Source: Pristiophorus japonicus
Taxonomy: Eukaryota
Direction: 5' to 3'
Length of the DNA stretch: 64,000 nt
Assembly: GCF_044704955.1 (NCBI RefSeq)
Contig: NC_091989.1
Coordinates: 85,312,001 to 85,376,000, forward strand
The position numbers were made by a program, and so were the translations under genes. The notes beneath the pieces were generated by a model. It had not been told where the DNA came from. It made no database searches and saw only the letters and a program-made list of their open reading frames with translations. Of the stretch, positions 1-12,570 are shown in pieces (the first letter of the stretch is position 1; the number at the start of each line of letters is the position of its first letter).

Positions 1-3000
1 ATCTTGTTGGCCCCGCATTTTCAGCCAGAGATCTTGCGGGATGAGGAGCCCGTGCCAGGCCGCTTGCTGCACATCATGGTTTGCCTGGGGGACGTGCCGC
101 TCCATTTCGTGAACGTGTACGCCCCTCAGCCCGGCCCGCAGCAAATGCGTTTTTTCGAAGAGGTGTCCGCTCTTCTTGGCTCCGTCAACGTCGGAGACTG
201 CATTGTCCTCGGGGGGGGATTTTAACTGCACCCTCGAGGCGAGGGACCGCTCCGGTGCCACGCAGAGCATGACGGCGATGGAGAAGTTGAGGGACCTGGT
301 CGTGTCCTTCGACTTGGTGGACGTCTGCCGAAATCTCCATCCCGACTCCAGCGCCTTTACTTGGGTGAGGCCTGGAGTAGGATGGTCCAGAATCGACCGC
401 CTTTACGTGTCTCAGTCATATGTTTCCCACGTCCAGGCGGCCTCCATTCGACCGGTGCCGTGTTTGGACCACCACCTGGTGTGGGCGGATCTCGCTTCGC
501 TCCATGCGAGGACGGGGTCTGCGTATTGGCATTTTAACAACCAGCTGCTGGAGGACTTGTGGTTCCAGGACTCGTTCCGTCGTTTCTGGGCAGACTGGAG
601 AAGGAAGCAGGGTGGCTTCCCCTCCTTGAGGCTATGATGTGGGCAAGGCTCACGTCCGCATCTTCTGTCAAGAGTATGCGAGGGGGTCGACCAAGAGGCG
701 GCCGGCCAGGGTCGGGCACCTAGAAAAAGAGGTGCTCGACCTGGAGTCTCGTCTCGGTCAAGTCTTCGAGGATCCAGCCCTGCGGATGGTGTACGAAGCG
801 AAGAAGGCCGAGCTGAAGGACCTGCAGCTCGTCGGTGCCGGGGCGCGTTCGTGAGGTCGCGGATCAGGTTCCTGCGGGATCTGGACCACGGCTCCCCTTT
901 CTTCTCCTCGCTGGAAAAAAGACAGAGTGTCCGTAAGCAGCTCTTGACGCTGCTGGCCGACGATGGCTCTCTCGTCTCGGATCCGGAGGGCGTCAACAAC
1001 AGGGCCAGTGAATATTATGGGGCTCTGTTCTCTCCGGAGCCATGCAGCGAGGAAGCGCATAGAGTTTTATGGGAGGATCTGCCGAAGGTCGGCCCGGAGA
1101 GCGCTGAAAATCTGGAAGCTTCGCTAAGCCTGGCGGAGCTGACCGGCGCCCTCGACTGGCTCTCGAGGGGAAAAGCCCCGAGGCTGGACGGGCTGACCAT
1201 GGAGTTCCACAGGGCATTCTGGTATGTCCTGGGGGGCGACTACGCGTGGATCCTGGGGGAAAGTCTGGCGACCGGGGAGATGCCCCTCTCTTGGCGCAGG
1301 GCAGTCATCGTCCTGCTGCCTAAGAAGCGCGATCTCCGCCTCCTTAAGAACTGGCGCCCGGTCTCACTCCTCAGCACGGACTACAAAATCTTCGCCAGGG
1401 CTATGTCTGCTCACCTTGGCGCCGTGCTGGACCACATGATCCACCCCGACCAGTACTTCACGGTCCCGGGCCGGACAATCCACGATAACATCCATCTGGT
1501 CCGGGACCTCACCCATCATTCCCAGGAGGCTGGTCTGTCGGTCGCCTTCCTATCTCTCGACCAAGAGAAGGGGTTCGACAGGGTGGATTACGACTATCTG
1601 TTCGGAACTCTGCGCGCTTTCGGGTTCGGGATGCATTTCGTCGCCCATATCCGACTTTTGTATGCCGCCGCGGAGTGTCTGATAAAGGTTAACGGATCCT
1701 TGACGGCGCCCCTTCGCTTTGGGAGAGGGGTGCGCCAGGGATGCCCCATGTCCGGCCAGTTACATGCTATCTGTGTGGAACCTTTCCTGCGCCTCCTGCG
1801 GACGAGGTTGACGGGACTGTCTCTGCAAGGGCCGGGCGTGGAGGACGTGCTCCTCGCGGTAGAGAATCCCGCTGACATGCGGAGGATGCATGAGTGCCAG
1901 GAGATTTACTCGGACGCATCCTCTGCCAGGATCAACTGGGAGAAATGTTCCGGACTCCTGGTGGGTCAGTGGCGGGTGGACTCCGTGCCGGAGGAGCTCA
2001 GGCCTTTTGCCTGGAGCACGACCCATCTCCTCTATCTGGGAGTCTACCTTAGCCCCGACGAGGAAGCCTGGCCGGCGAACTGGCAAGAGCTGGAGGCTAA
2101 GGTCGCCGCTCGCCTAGGGCGCTGGACAGGACTGCTCCGAGTGCTGTCCTACAGGGGTCGAGTGCAAGTCATAAACCAGCTGGTGGCCGCCATGTTGTGG
2201 TACCGGCTGGTCACTTTGACCCCTCCCCCTCCGTTTGTCACCAAGATACAGAAGAAGCTGGTGGACTTCTTCTGGAACAACAGGAAGCACTGGGTCTCTG
2301 CCACGGTCTTGAGACTCCCGCTTGGGGAGGGCGGTCAGTCGTTGGTGTGCGTCAGCACCACGCTCGTGACATTCCGTCTTCAGACCCTGCAGAGATACCT
2401 TTACGTCGAGCCCCCTCCTAGGTGGCGTGCTCTGGCGACGCATTTCTTCCGCCAGCAGCACGGCCTCAACTATGACACGCAGCTCCTGTTTGTGAGCTTG
2501 GGGGGCGTCAGGACCGCCTTCCAGGAGCTGCTTGTCTTTTACAAGGAACTCACCAGGGTCTTGAACAATGTCTCCACCAAGTGCATCTCTCCACCGGCTG
2601 CTCGGGAATCTGTACCTCCACGATCGAGGTTTTAGGTGGCGGTCGGACGAGAGGGCTGTGGCTGGTGAGGTGACCAGGGTCAGGGACACGCTCGATTGCG
2701 GAAGAGCGGGCTGGATGGCGCCAGACACGCTGGCGTGGCGCCTAAATTCCGCCAATGTCCGCCGCGCGGCCGATGCCATCGAGTCGCTAAAAACAGCTCT
2801 GGGCCCTCACGGCCAAGGGTGCCATCAGCCGATCCAGGCAGCGGGCGGTCGAGGGAGTCGTTCAACCTGACTGCCTGCCTCTCTTCCGTGCGTACATCCA
2901 CGCCAGGGTGCCCTTGATGATGGAGCACGCGGTGTCCACTGGTACGCTCGCGGCCTTCCGTGAGAGGTGGGTACCGGAGGGACTAGAGTGCATCATCACG

Positions 3001-3259
3001 CCCGGCAACCAAATTTTAATTTGATTTTATGTTTTAAAGTTTAATTTATTTTAATTGCCGGTGTTTTTACTGTCCCCTTCCCCTTTTAAAGGGGGCACTT
3101 GGAGAAAAAATGTGAGTTTAGTGCCCAAAAAAAAACTTGAAAAAAAACACAAATAAAACATAAAATACAAAAAAAAAGTGCCTTGTAAATGTTTGGTGCG
3201 TTCCCCAGTTTGCGGGGCCACGATTTAATGTTTTAGTTTCCTCCCAAAAGAGTTCTGTG
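1..3259 (+). mobile_element. Tx1-clade non-LTR retrotransposon, copy A (ORF2 plus 3' UTR; 5' part lies outside the window; disrupted)
   Basis: APE endonuclease motifs (NVYAP, GGDFNC, SRIDRLY, DHH, WHFN) and RT motifs (KNWRPVSLL, SLDQEKGFDRV, GVRQGCPMSG); C-terminus IITPGNQILI* ends at 3024; A-rich 3' UTR nearly identical to 11270-11502; stops, frameshifts and deletions relative to copy B. Confidence 0.93.
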
Positions 3260-4220
3260 GATCAATGGTGGAGCTTTGCAGGCGTGGCCTATTCAGTTGG
3301 AGCTGTGCTGCTGTGAGAGAAGGAACTCCCTGATTTGCTCCTGCCTGGGAGGCCAAGAGTGAACCCTGAGACCAGCCCAGGAAGAGGAAGAGGGGGCTGG
3401 CTTACTACAATTCAACGTCCAGAGGGAGAGGAGGACAGCAGAAAATTTATCAACTTATTACTACTACAGAGAGTTGGAGAGAGGGGGAGAACAACAACCT
3501 GAGAAAACACCATCCAGTGTGGAAGGAGGGAGAGCAATTTCTACAATCTTCGACAGGTGGGTGTGTTTTGGTGCATTCCCCGAAAGACTTTGTTGTATCG
3601 GTGGGGGGAGGAAAGAAGATAACTCGAGTGCCGGAACATTGCGGGTGTGTGTGTGTGTGGAAGTGTGTGTGGGGGTCTTGCTTACAGCTAGGCCCCACAC
3701 ACCACTGAAGCACCCCTCCCCCATTGCCTAGCCTGGGATAGCTGGAGCTACCTGGCTGAAGAATCATTAATTACCCTATTAAACATCGTTGGGAGAGTGT
3801 GCCTGGGTGGCTCCAGCTACCCCATGTGAAGACTTCTTCTCCCCCCACCCGAAGACCATCTACAAGGACTGTGTCTTGTTTCATTTTTTCCATCATCTGG
3901 GGAGTACACCCCAGAAAAACGCCCACCCATCGCTGTAAGGGGAGACGTGCCCTCGCAGCTTCCCTCTTTCCCACCCCACACTCTCTCTCTCTCTGCCACT
4001 CTCTCTGTCTCTCCCCTCTCTCTCTGAAAGTCCCTTTCCTCCTTAAATTAAAGTTAATTAAGACAACTGAGCAGAGGGAGCAAGGCCCCTCCCCATTCGT
4101 TAACTCGGGGAGAGGTGTGCCCCATTAAGAGCTCCCTCTGCTCAAAACACCAACGAGACCAATTAAAGATCATTAAGGCCTGTGACTTTAGGGTGGGTGT
4201 AGCCCTTAAAGGGACCCGTG

Positions 4221-7200
4221 ATGGCGACCCCATCCACGCCGGTGGCAGGGCCAGCTAAGACGTACGTGCAGGCGGCGTCCACATCCACGGCGCCTCCTGC
4301 TGCCCTGCCAGCATTCAGACTCATAACTAAAAAACACGGGGTCAAGAGCTACACTCACCCCACAATGAGCATCGAGGAGAGCGTGCGGGTGATGGCTGGG
4401 GTAGTCGGCCCCTCGGCCATTGTCGCGGCCTCCAAGATGTCTGGGAAGGCTGTATTCTTCCTGGGATCGGAGCGGGCGGTGTCCCTCGCCCTCGAAAAGG
4501 GGCTCACGGTGGGCGGGACATTCCTGCCGGTGGACACTCTCAAGGCCACTGCGCAGAGGGTCATCATTTCTAACGTTCCGCCCTTTGTTCCCGCTGGGCT
4601 CCTCCTCCCTCACCTACACCAACTGGGGGAGGTGAGGTCGGGGTTCAACCCCATACCCCTCAGCCTCTGGGAGAGCAGCCTGCGCCATGTCTTCTCCTTC
4701 CGCCGCCAGTTCTTTGTCCGGCTGGCGCGGGAGGAGACGACGGAGGGAAGTTTTAATGTGGTGCACGAGGGGACTGCCTACTGTGTCTTTTGGACGTCGG
4801 ACGGCGTGCGGTGCCTTGCCTGCAGGGAGGTGGGGCACGTTCGCAAGAACTGCCCAACCTCCAAGGCTGCCAAACCACCGAAGGTGGCCAAGGCTGGCAC
4901 CGCCACCAGCCCTCCCCCGATTTGTGTCCACGTGCCGGGAGCTGTAGGTGCGCGGGCATCGACGGGGGCCTTTGTTTTCACGGCCTCCGGCGGCGTGGGG
5001 GGAAAACGTCCGATCGGAAAGAAGGCGCGGAGGAAGGAGAAACATCTTGAGGTGGGTTCCCTCAGTGCGCCAGACAGTTTGATCACCGCGCTCAGCCCAA
5101 CCCTGTCACCGGCGAGCGCGGGGTGCCCTGAGCCCGTGCCCGATCCCTTGACCAATATCACAGTGCGGCTCGGGCATGGGCAAGAAAAGAAAAAGGGGGG
5201 GTGGAGCGGGAGGCCTCGGCAGACATGGAGGTCTCCCTGCCTCCGCGCACCCCCAGGAACAAAAGGAGGCGCCGCTCCAATGAGGCGGAGGAGGAATAAC
5301 ATCCCTCCGCGGAGGAGTCGGTGCCCGCCGCGTGTCCCGCGTCCCCTACCAGCGCCCCCAAACTGCGCTGTAGGGGAGGAGTCTGTCCCCGGGGAGGGTG
5401 AGACAGTCGAGGCTGCCCAGCCTCTGCTCCCGGGGATGGCGTGGAAGATCTGCCTGTCGTGGGGGGCGTGGGGCCAGCGGAGGAATGCGTAGCCACCGGG
5501 TCGAGCGTCCTGGGGACTGAGGCAAGCGGGGTCAAAAAGGCCGTACCTGAGCCCGCCCAGCCTTTATCCAACTTCCACCGTGATTTACTCGACTCGGCAG
5601 AAACTGAAAATGTTAATAATTTTACAGAACACGCTGGGCCGGGGGGTGGCGGCGGGGACGGGGAAGAACAACAACCCTCGCCCCCTACTTTGGAGCTGGG
5701 GATCCGACTTTTGTACGCCACCACGGAGTGTCTGATAAAGGTTAACGGCGCCCCTTCGCTTGGGGAGAGGGGTGCGCCAGGGATGCCCCATGTCCGGCCA
5801 GTTATATGCCATCTGCGTGGAGCCTTTCCTGCGGACGAGGTTGATGGGACTGGCTCTGCAAGGGCCGGGCGTGGAGGTTGTCCTCTCGGTTTACGCCGAT
5901 GATGTGCTCCTCACGGTGGAGGATCTTGCTGACCTGCGGACGATGCGTGAGTGCCAGGAGATTTACTCGGCCGCATCCTCTGCCAGGATCAACTGGGAGA
6001 AATGTTCTGGACTACTCGTGGGTCAGTGGCGGGTGGACTCCCTGCCGGAGGAGCTCAGGCCTTTTGCCTGGAGCATGACCCATCTCCTCTATCTGGGAGT
6101 CTACCTTAGCCCCGACAAGGAAGCCTGGCTGGCGAACTGGCAAGATTTGGAGGCCAAGGTCGCCGCTCGCCTAGGGCGCTGGACAGGACTGCTCCGAGTG
6201 CTGTCCTACAGGGGTCGAGCACTAGTCATAAAGCAGCTGGTGGCCGCCATGTTGTGGTACCGGCTGGTCACTTTGACCCCTCCCCCTGCGTTTGTCACCA
6301 AGATACAGAAGAAGCTGGTGGACTTCTTCTGGAACAACAGGAAGCACTGGGTCTCTGCCACAGTCTTGAGTCTCCCGATTGGGGAGGGCGCTCAGTCGTT
6401 GGTGTGCGTTAGCACCCAGCTCACGACCTTCCGTCTTCAGACCCTGCAGAGATACCTTTACCTCGAGCCCCCTCCTAGGTGGCGTGCCCTGGCGACGTAA
6501 TTCTTCCGCCAGCAGCACGGCCTCAAGTACGACATGCAGCTCCTGTTTGTGCGCTTGGGGGGCGTCAGGACCGCCTTCCAGGAGCTGCCTGTCTTTTACA
6601 AGGAACTCACCAGGGTCTGGAACAAAGTCTCCACCAAGCATAGCTCTCCACCGGCTGGAGTGGCGGCTGTCCTGCAGGAGCCGCTGCTCAGGAATCTGAA
6701 CCTCCACGACCGAGGTTTTAGGTGGTGGTCGGACGAGAGGGCTGTGGCTGGTGAGGTGACCAGGGTCAGGGACCTGATCGATGGTGGAGGAGTAGGCTGG
6801 ATGGCGCCAGACACGCTGTCGCAGCGCCTAAATTCCGCCAACGTCTGCCGCGCGGCCAATGCCATCCAAAGAGGAATCCCTTCCGCTGTCGTTTCCTGAC
6901 CCAGCACCGCTTTTAAAAGAGCCCAGTGGGGACTCCTCTGCCGACGATCCTGGGGGTGGGATCGGGGCAGAGTCAGGGTCGGATGGAGCGGCCGGGCCAT
7001 TTGCCGTACCTCGTGCGGTCGACGGGCCGGCTGCTGGTGGCGACCTCCCGGAGGGGGACGGGGACTCGGTGGGGGATGAGGGAGAAGATCTCGATTCCAT
7101 CGCCAGTGAGGCGGTGGATCTCCTCGTGCCCGCCGCTGAGTCCCCCCTCATTCCTTCAAAGGAACTCCGGGACTTTTTGGTCCAGAGCCAGGGTCGCCGC

Positions 7201-7407
7201 AACCGAGCCCATCTGGCCCTGGAAAGATGGTCCGAGCCTGGGCTGCTCGTCGCCTCCGTCCGCACCGCCGCTAAAACCATGGCCGCGGGCGGGCCCTTAT
7301 CAAAGGCGCAAGGCCTTGATCTGCGCCGGCTCAAAAGGTTCCTCGCTGGGCTGCTGAAGGAGTGGAGGTCAACAAACGACTCCACTCCCCCCGCCACAAT
7401 AAGTTAG
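4221..7407 (+). pseudogene. Tx1 ORF1 (gag-like zinc-knuckle protein), frameshifted and interrupted by an RT-derived insert at about 5701-6866
   Basis: IVAASKMSGKAVFFL, IISNVPPF, HVFSFRRQ; CCHC knuckle CLACREVGHVRKNC; C-terminal part resumes in ORF 6859..7407 (ELRDFL...ALERW). Confidence 0.85.
5701..6866 (+). repeat. Extra copy of the ORF2 RT segment inserted inside ORF1
   Basis: Aligns by eye to about 9235-10417 and 1649-2780 (IRLLY...GVRQGCPMSG...YADD...NSANV). Confidence 0.9.
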
Positions 7408-7432
7408 GTAGAGGTTGCACTATGCTTTTGTC

Positions 7433-10400
7433 ATGAAGATAACCAAAGCCAGCCTCAACATCAACGGCGGCAGAGAGGCACACCGTAGATTTAACAATTT
7501 TTCGCTCCAGCAGGAGGGGAAATATGTGGTGTGCTTCCTGCAAGAAACCCACACCGTTCCGGGAGATTAAGCCACGTGGCTCCTGGAATGGCAAGGAGAG
7601 GTCCGCATGAGCCACCTCACTACCACTTCTTCTGGGGTGGCCATCTTGTTGGCCCCGCATTATCAGCCGGAGATCATGGGGGTCGAGGAGCCCGTGCCAG
7701 GCCGCTTGCTGCACGTCACGTACGCCCCTCAGCCTGGCCCACAGCAAACGCGCTTCTTCGAAGAGGTGTCCGCTCTTCTTGGCTCCGTCGATGTCGGCGA
7801 CTGCATTGTCCTCGGGGGTGGATTTTAACTGCACCCTCGAGGGGAGGGACCGCTCCGGTGCCCCGCAGAGCATGACGGCGATGGAGAAGTTGAGGGACCT
7901 GGTCGGGTCCTTCGACTTGGTGGACGTCTGGCGAAATCTTCATCCCGACTCCAGCGCCTTTACTTGGGTGAGGCCTGGAGTAGGATGGTCCAGAACCGAC
8001 CGCCTTTACGTGTCTCGGGCGTACGTTTCCTGCGTCCCGGCGGCCTCCATGCGGCCGGTGCCGTGTTCGGACCACCACCTGGTGTGAGTGGAGCTCGCTT
8101 CGCTCTGCGCGAGGACGGGGTCCGCGTACTGGCATTTTTACAACCAGCTGCTGGAGGACGTGCGGTTCCAGGACTCGTTCCGTCGTTTCTAGGCCGACTG
8201 GAGAAGGAAGCAGGGGGGCTTCCCCGCCTTGAGGCTATGGTGGGACGGGGGCAAGGCTCACGTCCGCGTCTTCTGTCAAGAGTATGCGATGTGGTCGACC
8301 AAGAGGCGGGCGGCCATGGTCGGCCGCCTAGAAAAAGAGGTGCTCAACCTGGAGTCCCATCTCGGTCAAGTCGTCGAGGACCCGACCCTGCGAATGGTGT
8401 ACGAAGCGAAGAAGGCCGCGCTGAAGGACCTGCAGCTCGTTGGGTCCTGAGACGCGTTCGTGAGGTCACGGATACGGTTCCTGCGGGATCTGGACCGCGG
8501 CTGCCCTTTCTTCTACTCGCTGGAAAAACACAGTGTCCGTAAGCAGCTCTTGACGCTGCTGGCCCACGAAGGCTCTCCCGTCTCGGATCCGGAGGGCTTC
8601 AACAACAGGGCCCGTGAATATTACGGGGCTCTGTTCTCTCTGGAGCCATCCAGCGAGGAAGTGCATAGAGTTTTGTGGGAGGACCTGCCGAAGATTGGCT
8701 CAGAGGGCGCCGAAAATCTGGAAGCTCCGCGAAGCATGGCGGAGCTGACCGGCGCCCTCGACCGGCTCTCGAGGGGAAAGGCCCCGGGGCTGGACGGGCT
8801 GAACGTGGAGTTCCACAGGGCGTTCTGAGACGTCCTGGGGGATGACTATGCGTGGGTCCTGGGGGAAAGTCTGCCAACCGGGGAGATGGCCCTCTCTTGG
8901 CGCAGGGCATTCATCGTCCTGCTGCCTAAGAAGGGCGATCTCCGCCTCCTTAAGAACTGGCGCCCGGTCTCCCTCCTCAGCACGGACTACAAAATCTTCG
9001 CCAGGGCGATGTCTGCTCGACTTGGCGCCGTGCTGGACCACATGATCCACCCCGACCTGTCCTACACGGTCCCGGGCTGGACAATCCATGATAACATCCA
9101 TCTGGTCCGGGACCTCATCTATCATTCCCAGGAGGCTGTTCTATCGGTCGCCTTCCTATCTCTCGACCAAGAGAAGGCGTTCGACAGGGTGGATCACGAC
9201 TACCTGTTCAGAACTCTGTGCATTTCGTCGCCCGGATCCGACTTTTGTACGCCGCCGCGGAGTGTCTGATAAAGGTTAACGGGTCCTTGACGGTGCCCCT
9301 TTGCTTTAGGAGAGGGGTGCGCCAGGGATGCCCCATGTCCGGCCAGTTATATGCCATCTGCATGGAGCCTTTCCTGCGCCTCCTGCAGATGAGGTTGACG
9401 GGACTGGCTCTGCAAGGGCCGGGCGTGGAGGTCGTCCTCTCGGCTTACGCCGATGACGTGTTCCTCGTGGTAGAGGATCCCGCTGACCTGCGGAGGATGC
9501 GTGAATGCCAGTAGATTTACTCGGCCGCATCCTCCACCAGGATCAACTGGGAGAAATGTTCCGGACTCCTGGTGGGTCAGTGGCGGGTGGACGCCCTGCC
9601 GGAGGAGCTCAGGCCTTTTGCCTGGAGCACGACCCATCTCCTCTATCTGGGAGTCTACCTTAGCCCCGACGAGGAAGTCTGGCCGGCGAACTGGCAAGAG
9701 CTGGAGGCCAAGGTCGCCGCTCGTCTAGGGCGCTGGACAGGACTGCTCCGAGTGCTGTCCTACAGTGGTCGAGCGCTAGTCATAAACCAGCTGGTGGCCG
9801 CCATGTTGTGGTACCGGCTGGTCACTTTGACCCCTCCCCCTGCGTTTGTCACCAAGATACAGAAGAAGCTGGTGGACTTCTTGAACAACAGGAAGCACTG
9901 GGTCTCTGCCGTAGTCTTGAGTCTCCCGCTTGGGGAGGGCGGTCAGTCATTGGTGTGTGTCTGCACCCAGCTCGCGACTTTCCGTCTTCAGACCATGCAG
10001 AGATACCTTTACATCAAGCCCCCTCCTAGGTGGCATGCTCTGGCGACGTAATTGTTCCACCAGCAGCACGGGCTCAACTATGACACGCAGTTCCTGTTTG
10101 TGAGCTTGGTGGGCGTCAGAACCGCCTTCCAGGAGCTGCCTGTCTTTTACAAGGAACTGAACAGGGTCTGGAACAAAGTCTCCACCAAGCGCAGCTCTCC
10201 ACCGGCTGGAGTGGCGGCTGTCCTGCAGGAGCCGCTGCTCGGGAATCTGTACCTCCACGACCGAGGTTTTAGGTGGTGATCGGACGAGAGGGCTGTGGCT
10301 GGTGAGGTGACCAGGGTCAGGGACCTGCTCGATGGCTGAGGAGCGAGCTGGATGGCGCCAGACACGCTGGCGCGGTGCCTAAATTCCGCCAACGTCCGCC

Positions 10401-11269
10401 GCACGGCCGATGCCATCGAGTCGCTAAAAACAGCTCTGGGCCCTGACTCCGTTCGGTGCATCAAGGAGGCTCAAGCACGTGGGGAGATTCCGTCCGAACT
10501 TACCTCCGTCCGGACGGAATTCCTCATCGGCGCCAAACCCCGGAACCACCCTTGGGAGCTGGCGCCTCACAACTTGAGCCCCCTCGAGGAAATCCCCTCC
10601 GTGCCTTTTAGTTCCACGCAGAGGGGTTTCCTGTACGGGCTGCTCCTGCACACTCTCAACTTTGCCATCCTCGCCTGCCGTGCGGACACGCCATGGCGTA
10701 CCATCTTGCCATCCGGAGGAGGCGGGGGTCCCCGATGGAGGGCACTCTACACGGGAGTCCTCCCAGTATTTATCGGAGACTTGGCCTGGAGGGTGGTGCA
10801 CGGAGCAGTCCCATGCAATACATTTTTATGCCGGTTCACGGGCTCCCAGGCCGCCTGCAATTTCTGCGGTCTGGAAGAGTCTGTGTTCCATGTTTTTACC
10901 GAATGCACGAGGTTGCAGCCCCTGTTTTATTATTTAAAGGGGCTGCTCCTGAAATTCTGGCTGCACTTCAGTCCTACACTCCTGATCTTTGGGCACCCTG
11001 TGCGGAGGGGAGCGGGTAGGTCCGAGGGCCTCCTCGTAGGACTGCTCCTGGGCATGACTAAGGGTGCCATCAGCCGGTCCAGGCAGCGGGCGGTCGAGGG
11101 GGTCGTTCAGCCTGACTGCCTGCCTCTCTTCCGTGCATACATCTGCGCCAGGGTATCCTTGGAGATGGAGCATGCGGTGTTCACCGGTACGCTCGTGGCC
11201 TTCCGCGAGAGGTGGGCGCCGGAGGGACTGGAGTGCATCGTCACCCCCAGCAACCAAATTTTAATTTGA
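7433..11269 (+). pseudogene. Tx1 ORF2 (APE endonuclease - reverse transcriptase - CCHC zinc finger) with several stops and frameshifts
   Basis: MKITKASLNING...FLQETH; SDHH; SAYADD; CNFCGLEESVFHVFTEC; premature stops e.g. at 7568, 8085, 8448, 8826. Confidence 0.9.
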
Positions 11270-11496
11270 TTTCATGTTTTAAAGTTTATTTGTTTTATTT
11301 GCCGGTGTTTTTAGTGTCCCCCTCCCCTTTTATAGGGGTCACTTGGAGGAAAAAATAGGATTTAGTGCCCAAAAAAAAATTTAAAAAAAAAAAACCCAAA
11401 AAAACTCAAAAAAGGGCCTTGTAAATGTTTGATGCATCCCCCAGATCGGCGGTGGGGGGAGCACGATTTAATATTTTAGTTTCCTCCCAAAAGAGT

Positions 11497-12570
11497 TCTG
11501 TGCACAAGCACTCCCAGGTCCCTTTGTTCATCTGCACTTTTAAGTGGCTACAGCTTAATGTGTATACCTTTTCATTATTGTACATCCCAAAGTGCATTAT
11601 ATCGCACTTCTCTGAATTAAATTCGATTCACACTGCTCTACCCGCATGCACATTAGATTGATATTCTTCTGCACACCAGGACTTCCATCTTCATTATCAA
11701 CCGCAAAGCTAATTTTAGTATAATCTGCAAACTTCTTAATCATACTCCCTATATTAACATCCAAATCAATGAAGTATCCCACAAAAAGCAAGGGACCCAG
11801 TACTGAGCCCTGCGGAACTCCACTGGAAGCATACATCCAGTCACAAAACCCTCCGTCAATCATTAACCTTTGCTTCCTGCCACTCAGCCAATTTTTGATC
11901 CAACTTGCCACTTTGCCCTGGATCCCATGGGCTCTAAACTTCGTCACCAGTCTACAATATGGGACATTATGAAAAGCTTTGCTGAAGTCAATATCCATCG
12001 TATGCATCACCCTCATCGACCCTCCTGGTTACCTCCTCAAAAAATTAATTCAGTTTCGCCAAAGATGATCTTCTCTTAACAAATTCATGCTGACTGTCCC
12101 TGGTTAATCCTTGTCTTTCTAAATGTTGATTTATCCTGTCTTTCAGAATATTTTCCAATGATTTTGCCACCACTGAGCTTAGGCTGACAGGCCTGTAATT
12201 ACTCAGCCTATCACTTTCTACATTCTAAAACAAAGTTCCACATTAGCAGTCCTCCAGCACTATGTCCAAATCGACAGAGGACTGGAAAATGATGGTCAAG
12301 GTGTCTGCTATTTCCTCTTTTACTTCGTTCAACAGCTTGGGATGCTTTTCACCTGGGCCTGGGGAATTAACTACCAAAACTGCTAATCCCCTTAACACCT
12401 CCTTTCTCGCTATGTTTATTTTATCCCGCATTTCACACTTCTCCGATAGCAGCATTTACATTGCCCATTTCCTTTTTGAAAACAGACGCAAAGTGTTCAT
12501 TAAGAACCATTCCAACATCTTCACCCTCCACACAATGTTTACCAGCATGGTCTCTAATCGGTCCTGCCAT
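11497..12570 (-). mobile_element. CR1 LINE ORF2 (RT) fragment, the apparent insertion host of the Tx1 array
   Basis: [32 protein letters not shown]; RDLGVLVHR read on the minus strand up to the Tx1 junction. Confidence 0.88.

Larger units (their letters stand above)
3260..11502 (+). mobile_element. Tx1-clade non-LTR retrotransposon, copy B (near full length, disrupted)
   Basis: About 960 bp 5' UTR with (GT)n and (CT)n tracts; ORF1 from ATG 4221; ORF2 from ATG 7433 to TGA 11269; 3' UTR matches copy A. Confidence 0.93.

Noticed and set aside
412-11257. Many antisense and alternate-frame ORFs of 60-220 aa over the Tx1 copies
   Set aside because: Shadow ORFs expected in GC-rich coding sequence; no recognisable motifs
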